Positions 18,221 through 28,401 are shown, counted from the first letter of the stretch. The stretch: 64,000 nucleotides of DNA from Candidatus Heimdallarchaeota archaeon (GCA_030603365.1 JAUVXV010000003.1:224001-288000), one strand, 5' to 3'. Program-made: numbers and translations. The notes: generated from the letters alone by a model not told the origin.

Positions 18221-20734
18221 TTATTGCTCTCTAAGGTAATAATCAGGAGATGTCACATATCTCTTTTCATCGTCAGTTTCTCCAACCTCTATATCTGTAT
18301 AAATATCTGCCATAATTTCTTTATCACTAATATCAGCAAGGATTTTTCTTTTATCAACAGAGATAATCCTACTTAGCTCTATTGCTTTTGGATTAAATTT
18401 CTCCATGGTTTCTTGCATTTCATCTAGATCTCCAATTTTGCCAATAAGGTTCATGAAAGTCATTACAATATCTGGTCTGAGAGCAACTTGGGGGGCTATG
18501 CTTAATTGCTTACCAATAGAGATTGCCAGGTTATCAATGAAATTTTGATCATTTTCAAACAGTGATGCAGGTTTGGTACTGATGAATGATGCAATAAGTA
18601 ACAAATCTATAGAAGTCCAAAGGTATAAAACTGGTTTTTCTTTCAATTGAAGATTATATACAACTCCTATCTCGGTGCCTTTAACATTTTCAACTACTTT
18701 TCCTTCTAAGTCAAAAACCTCATTTAATTCAAATGCTGTACCCCCAAAACTTACTTGAATTGAATTGCCTACAAGTCTCACAGTACCTAATGAATAAAGT
18801 ATGAATTTAGAATTCTCAATGCTATCAGGAAGAATTCCTGTATTTTTCTCAATTGAAATACGTTTTAGCATATCAATTTGTTGAACTTCCTCTTCAGTTC
18901 TGTTATATTCTTCAGCAAACTCTTTTATTATACGGCTTTTCTTTTCTTGAGGTGTAAGAGTCGATACATACATTGGACTAGTATCTTCTTCTTCATGTAA
19001 GAAATCATAAATCTGTTTGTACAAATCTTGTGAAATATTTTTCTTCTCAACAACTAAGAAGTAACCTTTCATGGGATGATATATGACTGAATGTGCTTTT
19101 CCAATTTGTTGATTAAAGATATTCCTAACATATATTACGTCCTTTTCCGCTATTCTGTTATTGATCATATTACTTTCTGTAGGATTGAAGAAAGGTAAAA
19201 TTTCTCCATTCTTAATGATGTGCTGACTATTTACCTTCATTTCTCTTGCTGTTTTTTCAACAGAACTATTAGGGATAAATAAATAGCCTTTAGTTTGAGA
19301 TATAACATCTCTTAATTCTTGAGTTAGAGGGATTTCAAGTCTTCTACAATATTCTATAATTGCATCAGGAACCAAATAAGTAAAAGGCATTTGTGGGATT
19401 GTTTTAGGTAATTCATTTAGTAAGAATTCTTTTTTCTCAAGTTCTGATTCTAATTCTGCTTCTTTTCCTGTTGGAGTTACAATATGATCAAAAATTCTTC
19501 TTATCATCGATAAAGAAATCTCACGCTGTTGTTTCACAATTATTCCAAAGTTTTCATTTAATTGTCCAGGACCAACAACAAATCCGACAAGATCATTTTG
19601 TTCATCTATTACAGGCTTTCCTGAATATCTCCAAAGAGTCTTTAGTTCCGATAGTAATTTATAATCAATTTCTCTGCTTGAAGCACTTGTTGCAACCTTC
19701 AGTTGCTGTTTGAATTGTAAGGAACTAATAATTTCACTGTATTTCTGAATTCTAGTTTCCATAGCGAGTGATAAATCTTTGAAGTAAGGTGTGATGATTT
19801 CTTGGTATTTTAGATGCTCACCATATATTTGATCCATTGCATCCAAATCCTTTGCATAATCATTAATGTCATCATCAAGTAATTCTTCGTAAATTTCTAG
19901 CTGCCGAATTTTTCTATCTATATCTTCATTTTGCAAAGAGGAGAGTTTAGGTTGATTGTTCTCCTTAAACATCCTGAATTTTTCTTTTTCTTGTTGTATG
20001 ACAACTTTCCATTTGAGTGTATCCTGAGCTGCTTTCTTTAATATCGGACGATGACGGATAACTCTTTCATTTATGTCATAAATAATGCCCTTAAGCTCTT
20101 TCTTATCAGTAATCATTCTTCTTAAGCGATTGATATTTTCACTTAACTCATTATTAAACAGAAGAAAATTATTGTGTGTGTTTTTGTATAGATGTTCTCT
20201 ATTGACTGTAAATAGTAATTCTGATAGTTTGTAAAAATGTTGAAACACTTTGTGTTGTTTAGCCTCAACTTCGTTATGTCTCTTCATATATTCTTGATCA
20301 TCTATTATATTAGTAACGTAATCTTGCTCTAGTTCCATTTCTTCCTCAAATGTTTTTGTAGCAGCTTTGATAGCCATATACATAACATAACGGATTTTGA
20401 GTTCTTCTATTTCAACTGGAGGAATCTCATTTAATTCAATTTCAGGAAATTGAATAGCTGGTTCTTCTTCAACTGGAATGATTTCAATGGCTTCCCCTCT
20501 TTCAATCTCTTGAATATCGGTTTCTAGCTTAGGTAATATCTGTTGTGAATCATGTATTGAAACTTCTTCTTGTGAAACTAAACCAGAAGGTAAACTAGAT
20601 AGAATCTCTTTATATTTATTCTTTAAAGTTTGATAGGTTCTTCTGTCAATAGACCCTCTAATGTACCTTAAATCAAGGTCTCTGATAAATCTAAGAATTC
20701 TTCTCTTCTTTATATTGATATCATCGTCAGACAT
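18221..20734 (-). CDS. CdvA-like coiled-coil protein with three PRC-barrel-like repeats
   Basis: LDLRYIRGSIDRRTY and LEQDYVTNIIDDQEY helical motifs; long coiled coil; GKPVIDEQNDLVGFV, YVRNIFNQQIGKA, GKVVENVKGTEIGVV PRC-type starts. Confidence 0.6.
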   Translation of the reverse strand: MSDDDINIKKRRILRFIRDLDLRYIRGSIDRRTYQTLKNKYKEILSSLPSGLVSQEEVSIHDSQQILPKLETDIQEIERGEAIEIIPVEEEPAIQFPEIELNEIPPVEIEELKIRYVMYMAIKAATKTFEEEMELEQDYVTNIIDDQEYMKRHNEVEAKQHKVFQHFYKLSELLFTVNREHLYKNTHNNFLLFNNELSENINRLRRMITDKKELKGIIYDINERVIRHRPILKKAAQDTLKWKVVIQQEKEKFRMFKENNQPKLSSLQNEDIDRKIRQLEIYEELLDDDINDYAKDLDAMDQIYGEHLKYQEIITPYFKDLSLAMETRIQKYSEIISSLQFKQQLKVATSASSREIDYKLLSELKTLWRYSGKPVIDEQNDLVGFVVGPGQLNENFGIIVKQQREISLSMIRRIFDHIVTPTGKEAELESELEKKEFLLNELPKTIPQMPFTYLVPDAIIEYCRRLEIPLTQELRDVISQTKGYLFIPNSSVEKTAREMKVNSQHIIKNGEILPFFNPTESNMINNRIAEKDVIYVRNIFNQQIGKAHSVIYHPMKGYFLVVEKKNISQDLYKQIYDFLHEEEDTSPMYVSTLTPQEKKSRIIKEFAEEYNRTEEEVQQIDMLKRISIEKNTGILPDSIENSKFILYSLGTVRLVGNSIQVSFGGTAFELNEVFDLEGKVVENVKGTEIGVVYNLQLKEKPVLYLWTSIDLLLIASFISTKPASLFENDQNFIDNLAISIGKQLSIAPQVALRPDIVMTFMNLIGKIGDLDEMQETMEKFNPKAIELSRIISVDKRKILADISDKEIMADIYTDIEVGETDDEKRYVTSPDYYLREQ

Positions 20735-20879
20735 TATTATACAGAAGTATAAGTTTCACCTACAAATATGTTACTAAAATATCAATTTAATATAAGACTT
20801 TAATTGTGATTAAAGATACCCATAAGAAAACATTAATATTTAATATAAATCAAGAATATGCTGTAAGGATGAATGTTAA

Positions 20880-21239
20880 ATGAGTTTTCAAGATGATGTA
20901 CAAGCTATCGCTGCAGAAGGAACTCTTGGTGTTGTATGGCTGATTGGTGATGATTTAAAATGTTACTATCAATATGGTGACTGGGCAGTTGATCCAACAA
21001 TCCCATTTAATTCATGGAAAAATCAAGAACCTGCTGTCGATTTTGGTGGTGGATTGAAATTCACTGTAATTACAATGACACCAGAAAGATTAATTTCTAC
21101 AAACATGGGAGGACAAGGTCATCTGATAGTTAGTCGCTGTCCAAAATGGGCTGGTTGTGTTATAACTTGGTCACCTGCAAATATCCCAAAAGATTATGCA
21201 TATGCATCTGCAGCTAGATTAGCAGCGAAAGTTGGATAA
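20880..21239 (+). CDS. Asgard-type profilin
   Basis: 119 aa; LIGDD..YYQYGDW, GLKFTVITMTPERLISTNMGGQGHLIV matches the remembered Asgard profilin pattern (KYMIVENTEERKIGTNITGKGH). Confidence 0.85.
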   Translation: MSFQDDVQAIAAEGTLGVVWLIGDDLKCYYQYGDWAVDPTIPFNSWKNQEPAVDFGGGLKFTVITMTPERLISTNMGGQGHLIVSRCPKWAGCVITWSPANIPKDYAYASAARLAAKVG

Positions 21240-21253
21240 ATATTCTTCTCTCG

Positions 21254-21559
21254 GTGATTTTTTTGTCTTCCCATCCTTCTATTGAAGAAAAAGGGGAAGA
21301 TGTTTTTCTTAAGATAATTGCTCATCCTAATTCATCAAGGAAGCAAATATCAATAACAGAGAATAGTATTGATATTTATGTAAATGAACCTCCAGATAAA
21401 GGGAGAGCAAATAAAGCTATTCTCAAACTTCTATCAAAATCTCTCAAACTTCCATCTTCTTCAATGAGTATATTAAAAGGAGTAAAATCAAAAAATAAAG
21501 TCATTATGGTAAAAAATTGTAATAAGAACTTTATCTTAGAAAAAGTAAAGATAATCTAG
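21254..21559 (+). CDS. DUF167/YggU family protein
   Basis: HPNSSR, EPPDKGRANKA, ILKGVKSKNK motifs. Confidence 0.9.
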   Translation: MIFLSSHPSIEEKGEDVFLKIIAHPNSSRKQISITENSIDIYVNEPPDKGRANKAILKLLSKSLKLPSSSMSILKGVKSKNKVIMVKNCNKNFILEKVKII

Positions 21560-22122
21560 AGTTTCATTTTCTCAAAAGCTCTAAGTAACTCATTTCTTTC
21601 ATTGAATCTTTCATATACGTTTTTACTAAGATTCATCAAATTAGCAATACCTATTTCAACAGTGTCTAACATCATCTCTTCTAAGCTAACTTTGATTTCT
21701 GTAATTTTATCCTTAAGTTCCTCTGAATTATCAAGAATATCTATCTCTAGTAAATACAAAATAGAAAGATCTATACCATGCTCTCCTTCAACATCTGTAA
21801 CATCAAAAAATGTACTATATTTATAATCTGTATTTTTACCATCTTTTCTTAAATCACTTATCGTTTTTATAGTAATACCAGCTGGTCCCCAGCTTGTAAG
21901 AAGTTGTGAATGAATAAGCAATTCATGAACCTGGCTCATCATATCCCCTGTTTCTCTGAGAATATTGATTAGTTTGGTTCTAAAAGCAATATCGGTTTTT
22001 TTCCTATATTCTAATGCTTTATAGCCGAGATAACCTTCTATATTCGCTCTTAAAATCTTCAAAGCTTCACTTGGTGCATCGGATAAAGTTGAATTTGCAG
22101 TATCTTTCTTCTTACCAAACAT
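21556..22122 (-). CDS. Conserved hypothetical alpha-helical protein
   Basis: 188 aa; IEGYLGYKALEYRKKTDIAFR resembles a widespread uncharacterised family (IPGYxGY..RRxxD..R). Confidence 0.65.
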   Translation of the reverse strand: MFGKKKDTANSTLSDAPSEALKILRANIEGYLGYKALEYRKKTDIAFRTKLINILRETGDMMSQVHELLIHSQLLTSWGPAGITIKTISDLRKDGKNTDYKYSTFFDVTDVEGEHGIDLSILYLLEIDILDNSEELKDKITEIKVSLEEMMLDTVEIGIANLMNLSKNVYERFNERNELLRAFEKMKL

Positions 22123-22144
22123 TTGTATTCACATTTATTTTGTT

Positions 22145-23920
22145 TTATTGCTTTAATAAATATATTGTGCGTATTTCTTCATTTGAAGTTGCTTGTTCTG
22201 GAGGTCTATCATCTACTAATTTTCCTGTAAATCTTGGGAAACGGAGCGCTAAACCATCATTTTCGTTATCAAAATACCCTCTAGAGCAGGTGTGCATTTG
22301 ACTTTTCGTTATTTCTGCACCAGTAATTTCAATAACAATCTTTGGATCAAACCATACACTACAATCAATATCACTTAATACTTCCTTTGGTTTTTCTCTT
22401 TCTAAAGGTTTGAGAATTTCAAAAAAGTGAGCTAAGTCATCATCAGAAAAACCTGTTGCAACACGTGTAAAGGTTTGATAAATGCTTTCTTCTACATCAA
22501 AACATCCTAGCAGAAAAGTACCATACTTACCTGCTCTTTTACCTTTTCCAAACTCAGCTCCCAGTATAACCAAATCAAACGAATCTGATAATTTATCTAC
22601 ATAATCTGCCTTGTATTTAACCCAGTTCCAGCCTCTAGCACCAGCTTGATATATAGAATCTTCTCCTACTCCTTTACCCATTACTCCTTCACAACTATTT
22701 TCTAAAGCATGATGAAAGAAACTATCAATTTCATCAGTATTATCTGCGATAGTCTGATGAGAAAATTTAATGCTTTCGGTTTCTTTTAATATATTTGACA
22801 GTACCTCTCTTCTTTTCAAATATCCTTCATCAAGTATAGATTTGTTATCTGCATATAATGCATCAAAAAGATAAACTCTAACTGGGATTTCTGTAATTTT
22901 CTGCTCAATATCATGTTTTCTTTTTCTTTGAGATACTTGTTGAAAGGGGAGTATTTTTTCTTTTTTACTATCATAAGCAACGATTTCTCCCTCAATAATG
23001 AAATTGTCTTTTAGAGCTGCGTCATGTATAAACTCAATTACATCAGGAAACTGTTTTGTTATGTCTTCTGGTCTTCTGGAAAAGAGTTTAATCTTATCTC
23101 CTTTTTTGTGTAACTGAACTCTTAATCCATCATATTTGTACTCCAAAGATACTTTACCATCAAATCTTTCTAAAAGTTCTTCAGCACTAGAAACTCTTTG
23201 AGCTAACATTACTTTTATTGGATTCATAATCTGAGCTTTGATTTCTGCAACGGCTTCTATTCCTTCTTTGAAAAGGGTTTCAGATACAAAGCAAATATCA
23301 GATGTTATGTTATAGGCTCTCTCTAAAATATTCTTCTTATCTCTGGTTCCAGTTTTTGCTTTTGCAAGTGCTTCTAGAAGGAGTTGAATTGCTACTCCTA
23401 ATCTTAATTGTCCTATGACCATTCTTACAATATATCTAGCTTCTAAAGGACTAGCTTTAGAAATCAAACCTGAAAGAATTCTGATCTTTTTGTCAGAAGA
23501 CCCCTCCCCAGAAGTTTGAGCTATAGAATCTAGTATATTCCAAACATCAATTATTTCATAATCCTTTTCTTCTTTTTGTGCTGTAAATGATAAAAGTGTA
23601 GATTGAGATTTCTTCTCTAGAAGTATCTGAGCTGTCTGACCTAAATCTCCAACTTCTTCTACAATCTTAGCAACATTCTTCTCATTTTTCCCAGTTGAAA
23701 TTGCAAGTGCTTTTGTTGCCATTTTTTCAGCTAACATTAATTCTATACCCAAAAAATCAGGATAAATTTTGCCTATTGTCAGTAGAGAAATTTTCCCGAT
23801 TTCCTCACTTGAAGCTTTTGAAAGAGTTTCAGCTAAAATATCAACCATTTCAAGTTTTTTCTGTGTCTTTTCTAATTTGAAATAGCATTGACTAAGTTCC
23901 TTGAATTTCAATCTCATCAA
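22145..23920 (-). CDS. lig: ATP-dependent DNA ligase (archaeal LigI type)
   Basis: EYKYDGLR adenylation motif, EGEIV, FDALY, EGVMGK, WVKYKADY, LRFPRF. Confidence 0.97.
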   Translation of the reverse strand: MMRLKFKELSQCYFKLEKTQKKLEMVDILAETLSKASSEEIGKISLLTIGKIYPDFLGIELMLAEKMATKALAISTGKNEKNVAKIVEEVGDLGQTAQILLEKKSQSTLLSFTAQKEEKDYEIIDVWNILDSIAQTSGEGSSDKKIRILSGLISKASPLEARYIVRMVIGQLRLGVAIQLLLEALAKAKTGTRDKKNILERAYNITSDICFVSETLFKEGIEAVAEIKAQIMNPIKVMLAQRVSSAEELLERFDGKVSLEYKYDGLRVQLHKKGDKIKLFSRRPEDITKQFPDVIEFIHDAALKDNFIIEGEIVAYDSKKEKILPFQQVSQRKRKHDIEQKITEIPVRVYLFDALYADNKSILDEGYLKRREVLSNILKETESIKFSHQTIADNTDEIDSFFHHALENSCEGVMGKGVGEDSIYQAGARGWNWVKYKADYVDKLSDSFDLVILGAEFGKGKRAGKYGTFLLGCFDVEESIYQTFTRVATGFSDDDLAHFFEILKPLEREKPKEVLSDIDCSVWFDPKIVIEITGAEITKSQMHTCSRGYFDNENDGLALRFPRFTGKLVDDRPPEQATSNEEIRTIYLLKQ

Positions 23921-23923
23921 ACC

Positions 23924-25318
23924 CTAGAAGATTTTTCTTTTACCCTTTTGTTCTTTCATCTCAAGAACTATCTCACTAATAAGATGGATGAGATTTGCAC
24001 TTAAAACGTCGACACTATTTTTTAGCTCTCTGATGGACTGAACTAAATCTCCCATCATTTGCGACTGTTCAGTGGAAGCTTCAGCTCTAGGTCGAGTAAC
24101 TTTTTGTGAATCAAGTTTCTGATCAAATATCATTAAATCTTTCTCGAACTGATCCATTTCAGGTGTTCTTGGTTCTGGAATAGATGAAATATCTGCTTTA
24201 GATTTCTTTCTCTCTTCTCTTTTTTGTTTCTCTCTTTGATCTTTTTCTTTCATCTTTTCCAGATAAGGAAGAACTTGAGAATAATCAATTCCTTCTCTTC
24301 TAGCCATATCTGTTAACAGAATATCTCTATATCCTTGATCCTCAATTTTCAATTCATCGATTTCTTTTTCTAATTCATGGATTATAGACATAGCTTCATA
24401 GATATCAGTTTTTGACATCTTTGGTTCAATTTCCTTAACTTCTATTTTTGTAGCTTTGACTTCGTCTCTTAATGTTTGCATAGCTTTTATAACTTCAGTT
24501 TTAACCTGATCAGTTTCTCCTCTGGAGAGTGCTTCCTTCACTAGATCAATTTTACTCACTGATTTATAGGGTTCTTTTTCCTCTTTTTCTTTAATCTCCA
24601 CTGGAGCAGTTTCTACTTGTTCTACTCCGGTATCTTCTTTCTCTCCTAAAGACATTGGAGGTGTTCCAATGTGAGCAAAAATGTTTTTAGCAAAAGTTGC
24701 ATTATCTTTAAGATCTAAACCTGCTTTTTTGTCTGAAAACATCAGGTAAGAGCCACATACAAACACTGTACCTAAACCATAAGATGTGATTGCTGCAACA
24801 GCACTACTTGGTGGGTCACTTGAACCACTTGTTCTCGCTAACTCCACATTTCCTTCATCTAGCTGCAAAGAACAACTGGAAACAACTACTATTTCCTTCA
24901 AATTATCTGTTATAGGATGCTGATAAAACTTCGATATAACTGCATTGCTTTCCAATTTTAATTCGAAGTTTTCATAATCAAAAATCTGATTTGATACAGT
25001 TGAGATTTTGAAATGCTTCAACAATGTATTTAGATTTGTACCTAAACCACTGTCCCCTCCTGCATTTGCAAAAATAGCTAAAGCTCCTCCTTCATCAACA
25101 AATCGAAGTAGAGCCTTTACTTCATGCCCATAAAGTTTACTCGAGTCTGGGCAGGGAAGAACTAGTACATCATAATCTGTGATGTTGGTATATTTTATTG
25201 GGTATGAATCATATCGTGCTACTTCGTGACCTTCATTTTCTAGAAGTTCACTTAATTTTTGGAAATTCTCGTGGATTTTTCCCCTTTCTTTTTGAGTTTC
25301 GTCAAATAATATCCTCAT
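23924..25318 (-). CDS. GIFT-domain (IFT52/GldG/DUF4350-like) protein with C-terminal coiled coil
   Basis: ILFDETQKE, FVDEGGALAIF, GGDSGLGTNLNTLL, HPIT, DNATFAKNIF; charged helical C-terminal half. Confidence 0.7.
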   Translation of the reverse strand: MRILFDETQKERGKIHENFQKLSELLENEGHEVARYDSYPIKYTNITDYDVLVLPCPDSSKLYGHEVKALLRFVDEGGALAIFANAGGDSGLGTNLNTLLKHFKISTVSNQIFDYENFELKLESNAVISKFYQHPITDNLKEIVVVSSCSLQLDEGNVELARTSGSSDPPSSAVAAITSYGLGTVFVCGSYLMFSDKKAGLDLKDNATFAKNIFAHIGTPPMSLGEKEDTGVEQVETAPVEIKEKEEKEPYKSVSKIDLVKEALSRGETDQVKTEVIKAMQTLRDEVKATKIEVKEIEPKMSKTDIYEAMSIIHELEKEIDELKIEDQGYRDILLTDMARREGIDYSQVLPYLEKMKEKDQREKQKREERKKSKADISSIPEPRTPEMDQFEKDLMIFDQKLDSQKVTRPRAEASTEQSQMMGDLVQSIRELKNSVDVLSANLIHLISEIVLEMKEQKGKRKIF

Positions 25319-25520
25319 ATAGACACCCTTTTTCCTGCTAGGAATTCTTTTCTCTCTTTATACTTACAATTTAATCCTTTATAATTATTAATCTTATTGA
25401 TGTAATATGTTGTTGTTGACGGGTTTTTAAGTAAAAAGAACTAAATATTAGTGATTTCTCTCAATTTAAGCAGTAAAGAATAAAAACCTCTATTTCATAG
25501 CACTATCATCCGGTGAATGA

Positions 25521-26378
25521 ATGACACAATTAGATTTCGCTAAATTAACAGAGTTAGCTTCGTCAAGATTAGATATTATCGTTTTACACTCCCAAAAAGG
25601 TGGACCAGGAAAAACAACATTATCTTGCAATATTGCTCATGAACTAGCTAAAAGAGGAAATAAAACCGTTCTTGTTGATCTAGATATTGCTCAACCAACA
25701 ATTCAACACATCTTTAAAATTCCCGATAAAAAAATCAAGCATACAATCAATGATATTCTTTTAGGAGAAGTTAAAGTTAATGAGGATGTTCTTCTTGAAA
25801 CTGAAAACTCCAACTTGCTTCTTATTGCTGCTAAGGAAAATGTGGAATACGGTGAAGGTTTGTTATCTTTGTTGGAAGGAATTCAGCAATACTCATTCTT
25901 TGCCTTACATGAAATGACAAAGTTTCTACTTAGAATGGGTTTTAGATATGTGATTTATGATTGTGCCCCTGGATATAGAATGGAATCTGTTAATGCTGCT
26001 GCTATTGCTGATGCAAGGTTATTTGTCATTCGTCCATCAACTTTTAGCTTTGAAGGTGCGAAACAGATGCTTAATGATATCTATAAAAAATTGGATATTA
26101 GATCACTAAACTACTTTGTTTTTAATCAAGTACCTCCAGAGATGAAGGAAGAAAACCAAAAATTACTCAATGGGTGGAAAGAAGAATTAATAAAATTATA
26201 TCTTCCAGAGAAAATCGCATTCTTAGACTTCTTGCCAATTTCTTTTGAGATAATGGAGCTTGGAATTAAAGGTGAATATATTTTTCCAGAAAAAACTGTT
26301 CTCTATGAAAAATTATCTGAAATAGTAACTGAAATTACATCTAGAATAGATGAAATGAAAGACTTAAAGGAAGAGTAA
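25521..26378 (+). CDS. minD: MinD/ParA-family ATPase
   Basis: Deviant Walker A KGGPGKTT, VDLDI, YDCAPG, FNQVP. Confidence 0.8.
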   Translation: MTQLDFAKLTELASSRLDIIVLHSQKGGPGKTTLSCNIAHELAKRGNKTVLVDLDIAQPTIQHIFKIPDKKIKHTINDILLGEVKVNEDVLLETENSNLLLIAAKENVEYGEGLLSLLEGIQQYSFFALHEMTKFLLRMGFRYVIYDCAPGYRMESVNAAAIADARLFVIRPSTFSFEGAKQMLNDIYKKLDIRSLNYFVFNQVPPEMKEENQKLLNGWKEELIKLYLPEKIAFLDFLPISFEIMELGIKGEYIFPEKTVLYEKLSEIVTEITSRIDEMKDLKEE

Positions 26379-26438
26379 TTTTATTAATCACGAATCTTAT
26401 ATCAAATTTTATATTAGGTAACGTATATAGTTCTATCG

Positions 26439-27422
26439 ATGAGTCTAGTTAAAGAGTATCAATGTCCTCATTGTAATGCTCCTATGGACGTTAATCCTGA
26501 AGATGCAATTTTCAATTGTGTATCTTGTGGTCAGGCTGTTTTATCTGATGGTTCTGAATTCAAGGACCACTATATTCTAAAAAACACACTTAACCGAACC
26601 AAGATACATGAAATTGTAAAGGATTTTATTAAGAAGAAAGGCTTCATGCGAGGGATTAAAGGTTATAAAATCACTAATATAACACCTACATTGACGCCGT
26701 TCTGGGTTGTTACTTCTGATGCATATACACACTTCGTGGGATATCTCAGATATTCAGAAACAAAAACAAGAACCGTTGGTTCTGGAAAGAATAGAAGAAC
26801 TGTTACTGAACATGTTACAGTTTATCGTCCTATTGATCAAGAGATAAGAGAAAAAAGAGCAGATGTACTCCTTGGAAGGAGAGGAAGCTCTATTTATGGA
26901 TATGATAAGGTAAGAGATATTGTCCGTTCAGAATTTTCGACTGCTATACCTTTTAACCATGATCACCTAGTGGGTACAGAGAAGGAATTTGATTATTTAT
27001 CTTCAGAAATAGATTTAGATGCAGCTAATCAACTAGGAAAAACAGTTGTCTTTGATAATCATAGAGCTAGAGCACAGAAAGCTTGTACTAAAGTGTTCGA
27101 TTGTGCAACACAGCTAACTTATACTGGAACTTATTTTGTTCATGCTCCTGTTTGGCAAGTGGAATATGTCTTCAAAGATGAAACCTACAGAATTGCTATT
27201 TTGGGTAGTAGTGGAAGGATTATTCTAGGTGAAATACCAGTTACAACAAGATTCCGAATGATTTTCCTGACTTTGACATTTCTGGCCTTAGGAGCTGCTG
27301 GAGCAGGCAGTTGGTTCGGGAGATATGAAGTCTATGTACCTATTATAGCGGGTATTGTAGCAGCAGTTATAGGGTTCTTTACGCTGAAAAATACGTTTAA
27401 ACCTAAATCGGTGGTGGATTAA
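26439..27422 (+). CDS. Zinc-ribbon membrane protein
   Basis: CPHC...CVSC; PFW and HAPVW motifs; two C-terminal TM helices. Confidence 0.75.
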   Translation: MSLVKEYQCPHCNAPMDVNPEDAIFNCVSCGQAVLSDGSEFKDHYILKNTLNRTKIHEIVKDFIKKKGFMRGIKGYKITNITPTLTPFWVVTSDAYTHFVGYLRYSETKTRTVGSGKNRRTVTEHVTVYRPIDQEIREKRADVLLGRRGSSIYGYDKVRDIVRSEFSTAIPFNHDHLVGTEKEFDYLSSEIDLDAANQLGKTVVFDNHRARAQKACTKVFDCATQLTYTGTYFVHAPVWQVEYVFKDETYRIAILGSSGRIILGEIPVTTRFRMIFLTLTFLALGAAGAGSWFGRYEVYVPIIAGIVAAVIGFFTLKNTFKPKSVVD

Positions 27423-27423
27423 G

Positions 27424-28401
27424 ATGAATGTAAAATCAATAATGTGTCCAAATTGTGCTGCACCCTTAGAAATGGAAGCAACTCAATCTCATGTTACTTG
27501 TCCATATTGTAGTGTAACGAGCGAACTGAAGAAAGTTTCAGAATTAATTGAACATTTTATGTTACCAGTGAGCTATGATATTGACCAAATTAAAACAGAA
27601 CTAGTTGGAGATATTTTAAAGCATCCAGGAACTCCTGAAGATTTGCATAAATCTCTACAATTTTCAAAAATCGATTTGAAATTCTATCCATACTTTATTG
27701 TTACTGTTCATCTAAGAACAGAATATAAGGGAAATGGAGAGTACGCAACTTTCAGTAGCCGATATAAATCTGGTTATCGTCGCATAAGTACTCATTTAAA
27801 ACCAGAACAAGGGGTTTTTGATGATACACGTGAATTCATCATCTATTCAGCTGAAGATGTTCAAAACGATCTCATAAATTTCGAGATATCAACTAGAGGA
27901 AAAAGGTATTTCCAAGCATTAGAAGCTGAGAAAGTTAATGCTGATGTTAATTCCAGTATATTCAACTTAGATCAAGCAAAAGAAGAAGCTATTAGGAATA
28001 TGAGAGAGATCCATAAAGGGTTGATGATGAAAGAATTAGCTCAGATACTAGAGGTCAGAGATGAACCAGAAGTTAAAGGTGTTTATCTTTTACATATTCC
28101 CTTCTATTTCTTAGAGTTTAAAGTTGGTAAAAAGGAATACAAAGCAACAATGGATGCTGCAACTGGTAGAACTGTGATAACTCAAGTTCCACGAGAAACT
28201 TCCTATTGGGTACAAATAGGGGTACTAACAACTCTTTTCGGTGGAATTGGAATAGCAGGGATATTCTTTGCAGTACAACAAATAGCTCTGTTAGGATACT
28301 TTAGTATATTTGGTGCAATAGCAGGTTTAGTGTTCGCAATTCGTACTCTACAACTTGGATTGAAATCCAGATATAGAGAAACTCAGAGGAAGAAACGGTA
28401 A
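27424..28401 (+). CDS. Zinc-ribbon membrane protein (paralogue of upstream gene)
   Basis: CPNC...CPYC; PYF and HIPFY motifs, DAATGR, two C-terminal TM helices. Confidence 0.75.
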   Translation: MNVKSIMCPNCAAPLEMEATQSHVTCPYCSVTSELKKVSELIEHFMLPVSYDIDQIKTELVGDILKHPGTPEDLHKSLQFSKIDLKFYPYFIVTVHLRTEYKGNGEYATFSSRYKSGYRRISTHLKPEQGVFDDTREFIIYSAEDVQNDLINFEISTRGKRYFQALEAEKVNADVNSSIFNLDQAKEEAIRNMREIHKGLMMKELAQILEVRDEPEVKGVYLLHIPFYFLEFKVGKKEYKATMDAATGRTVITQVPRETSYWVQIGVLTTLFGGIGIAGIFFAVQQIALLGYFSIFGAIAGLVFAIRTLQLGLKSRYRETQRKKR

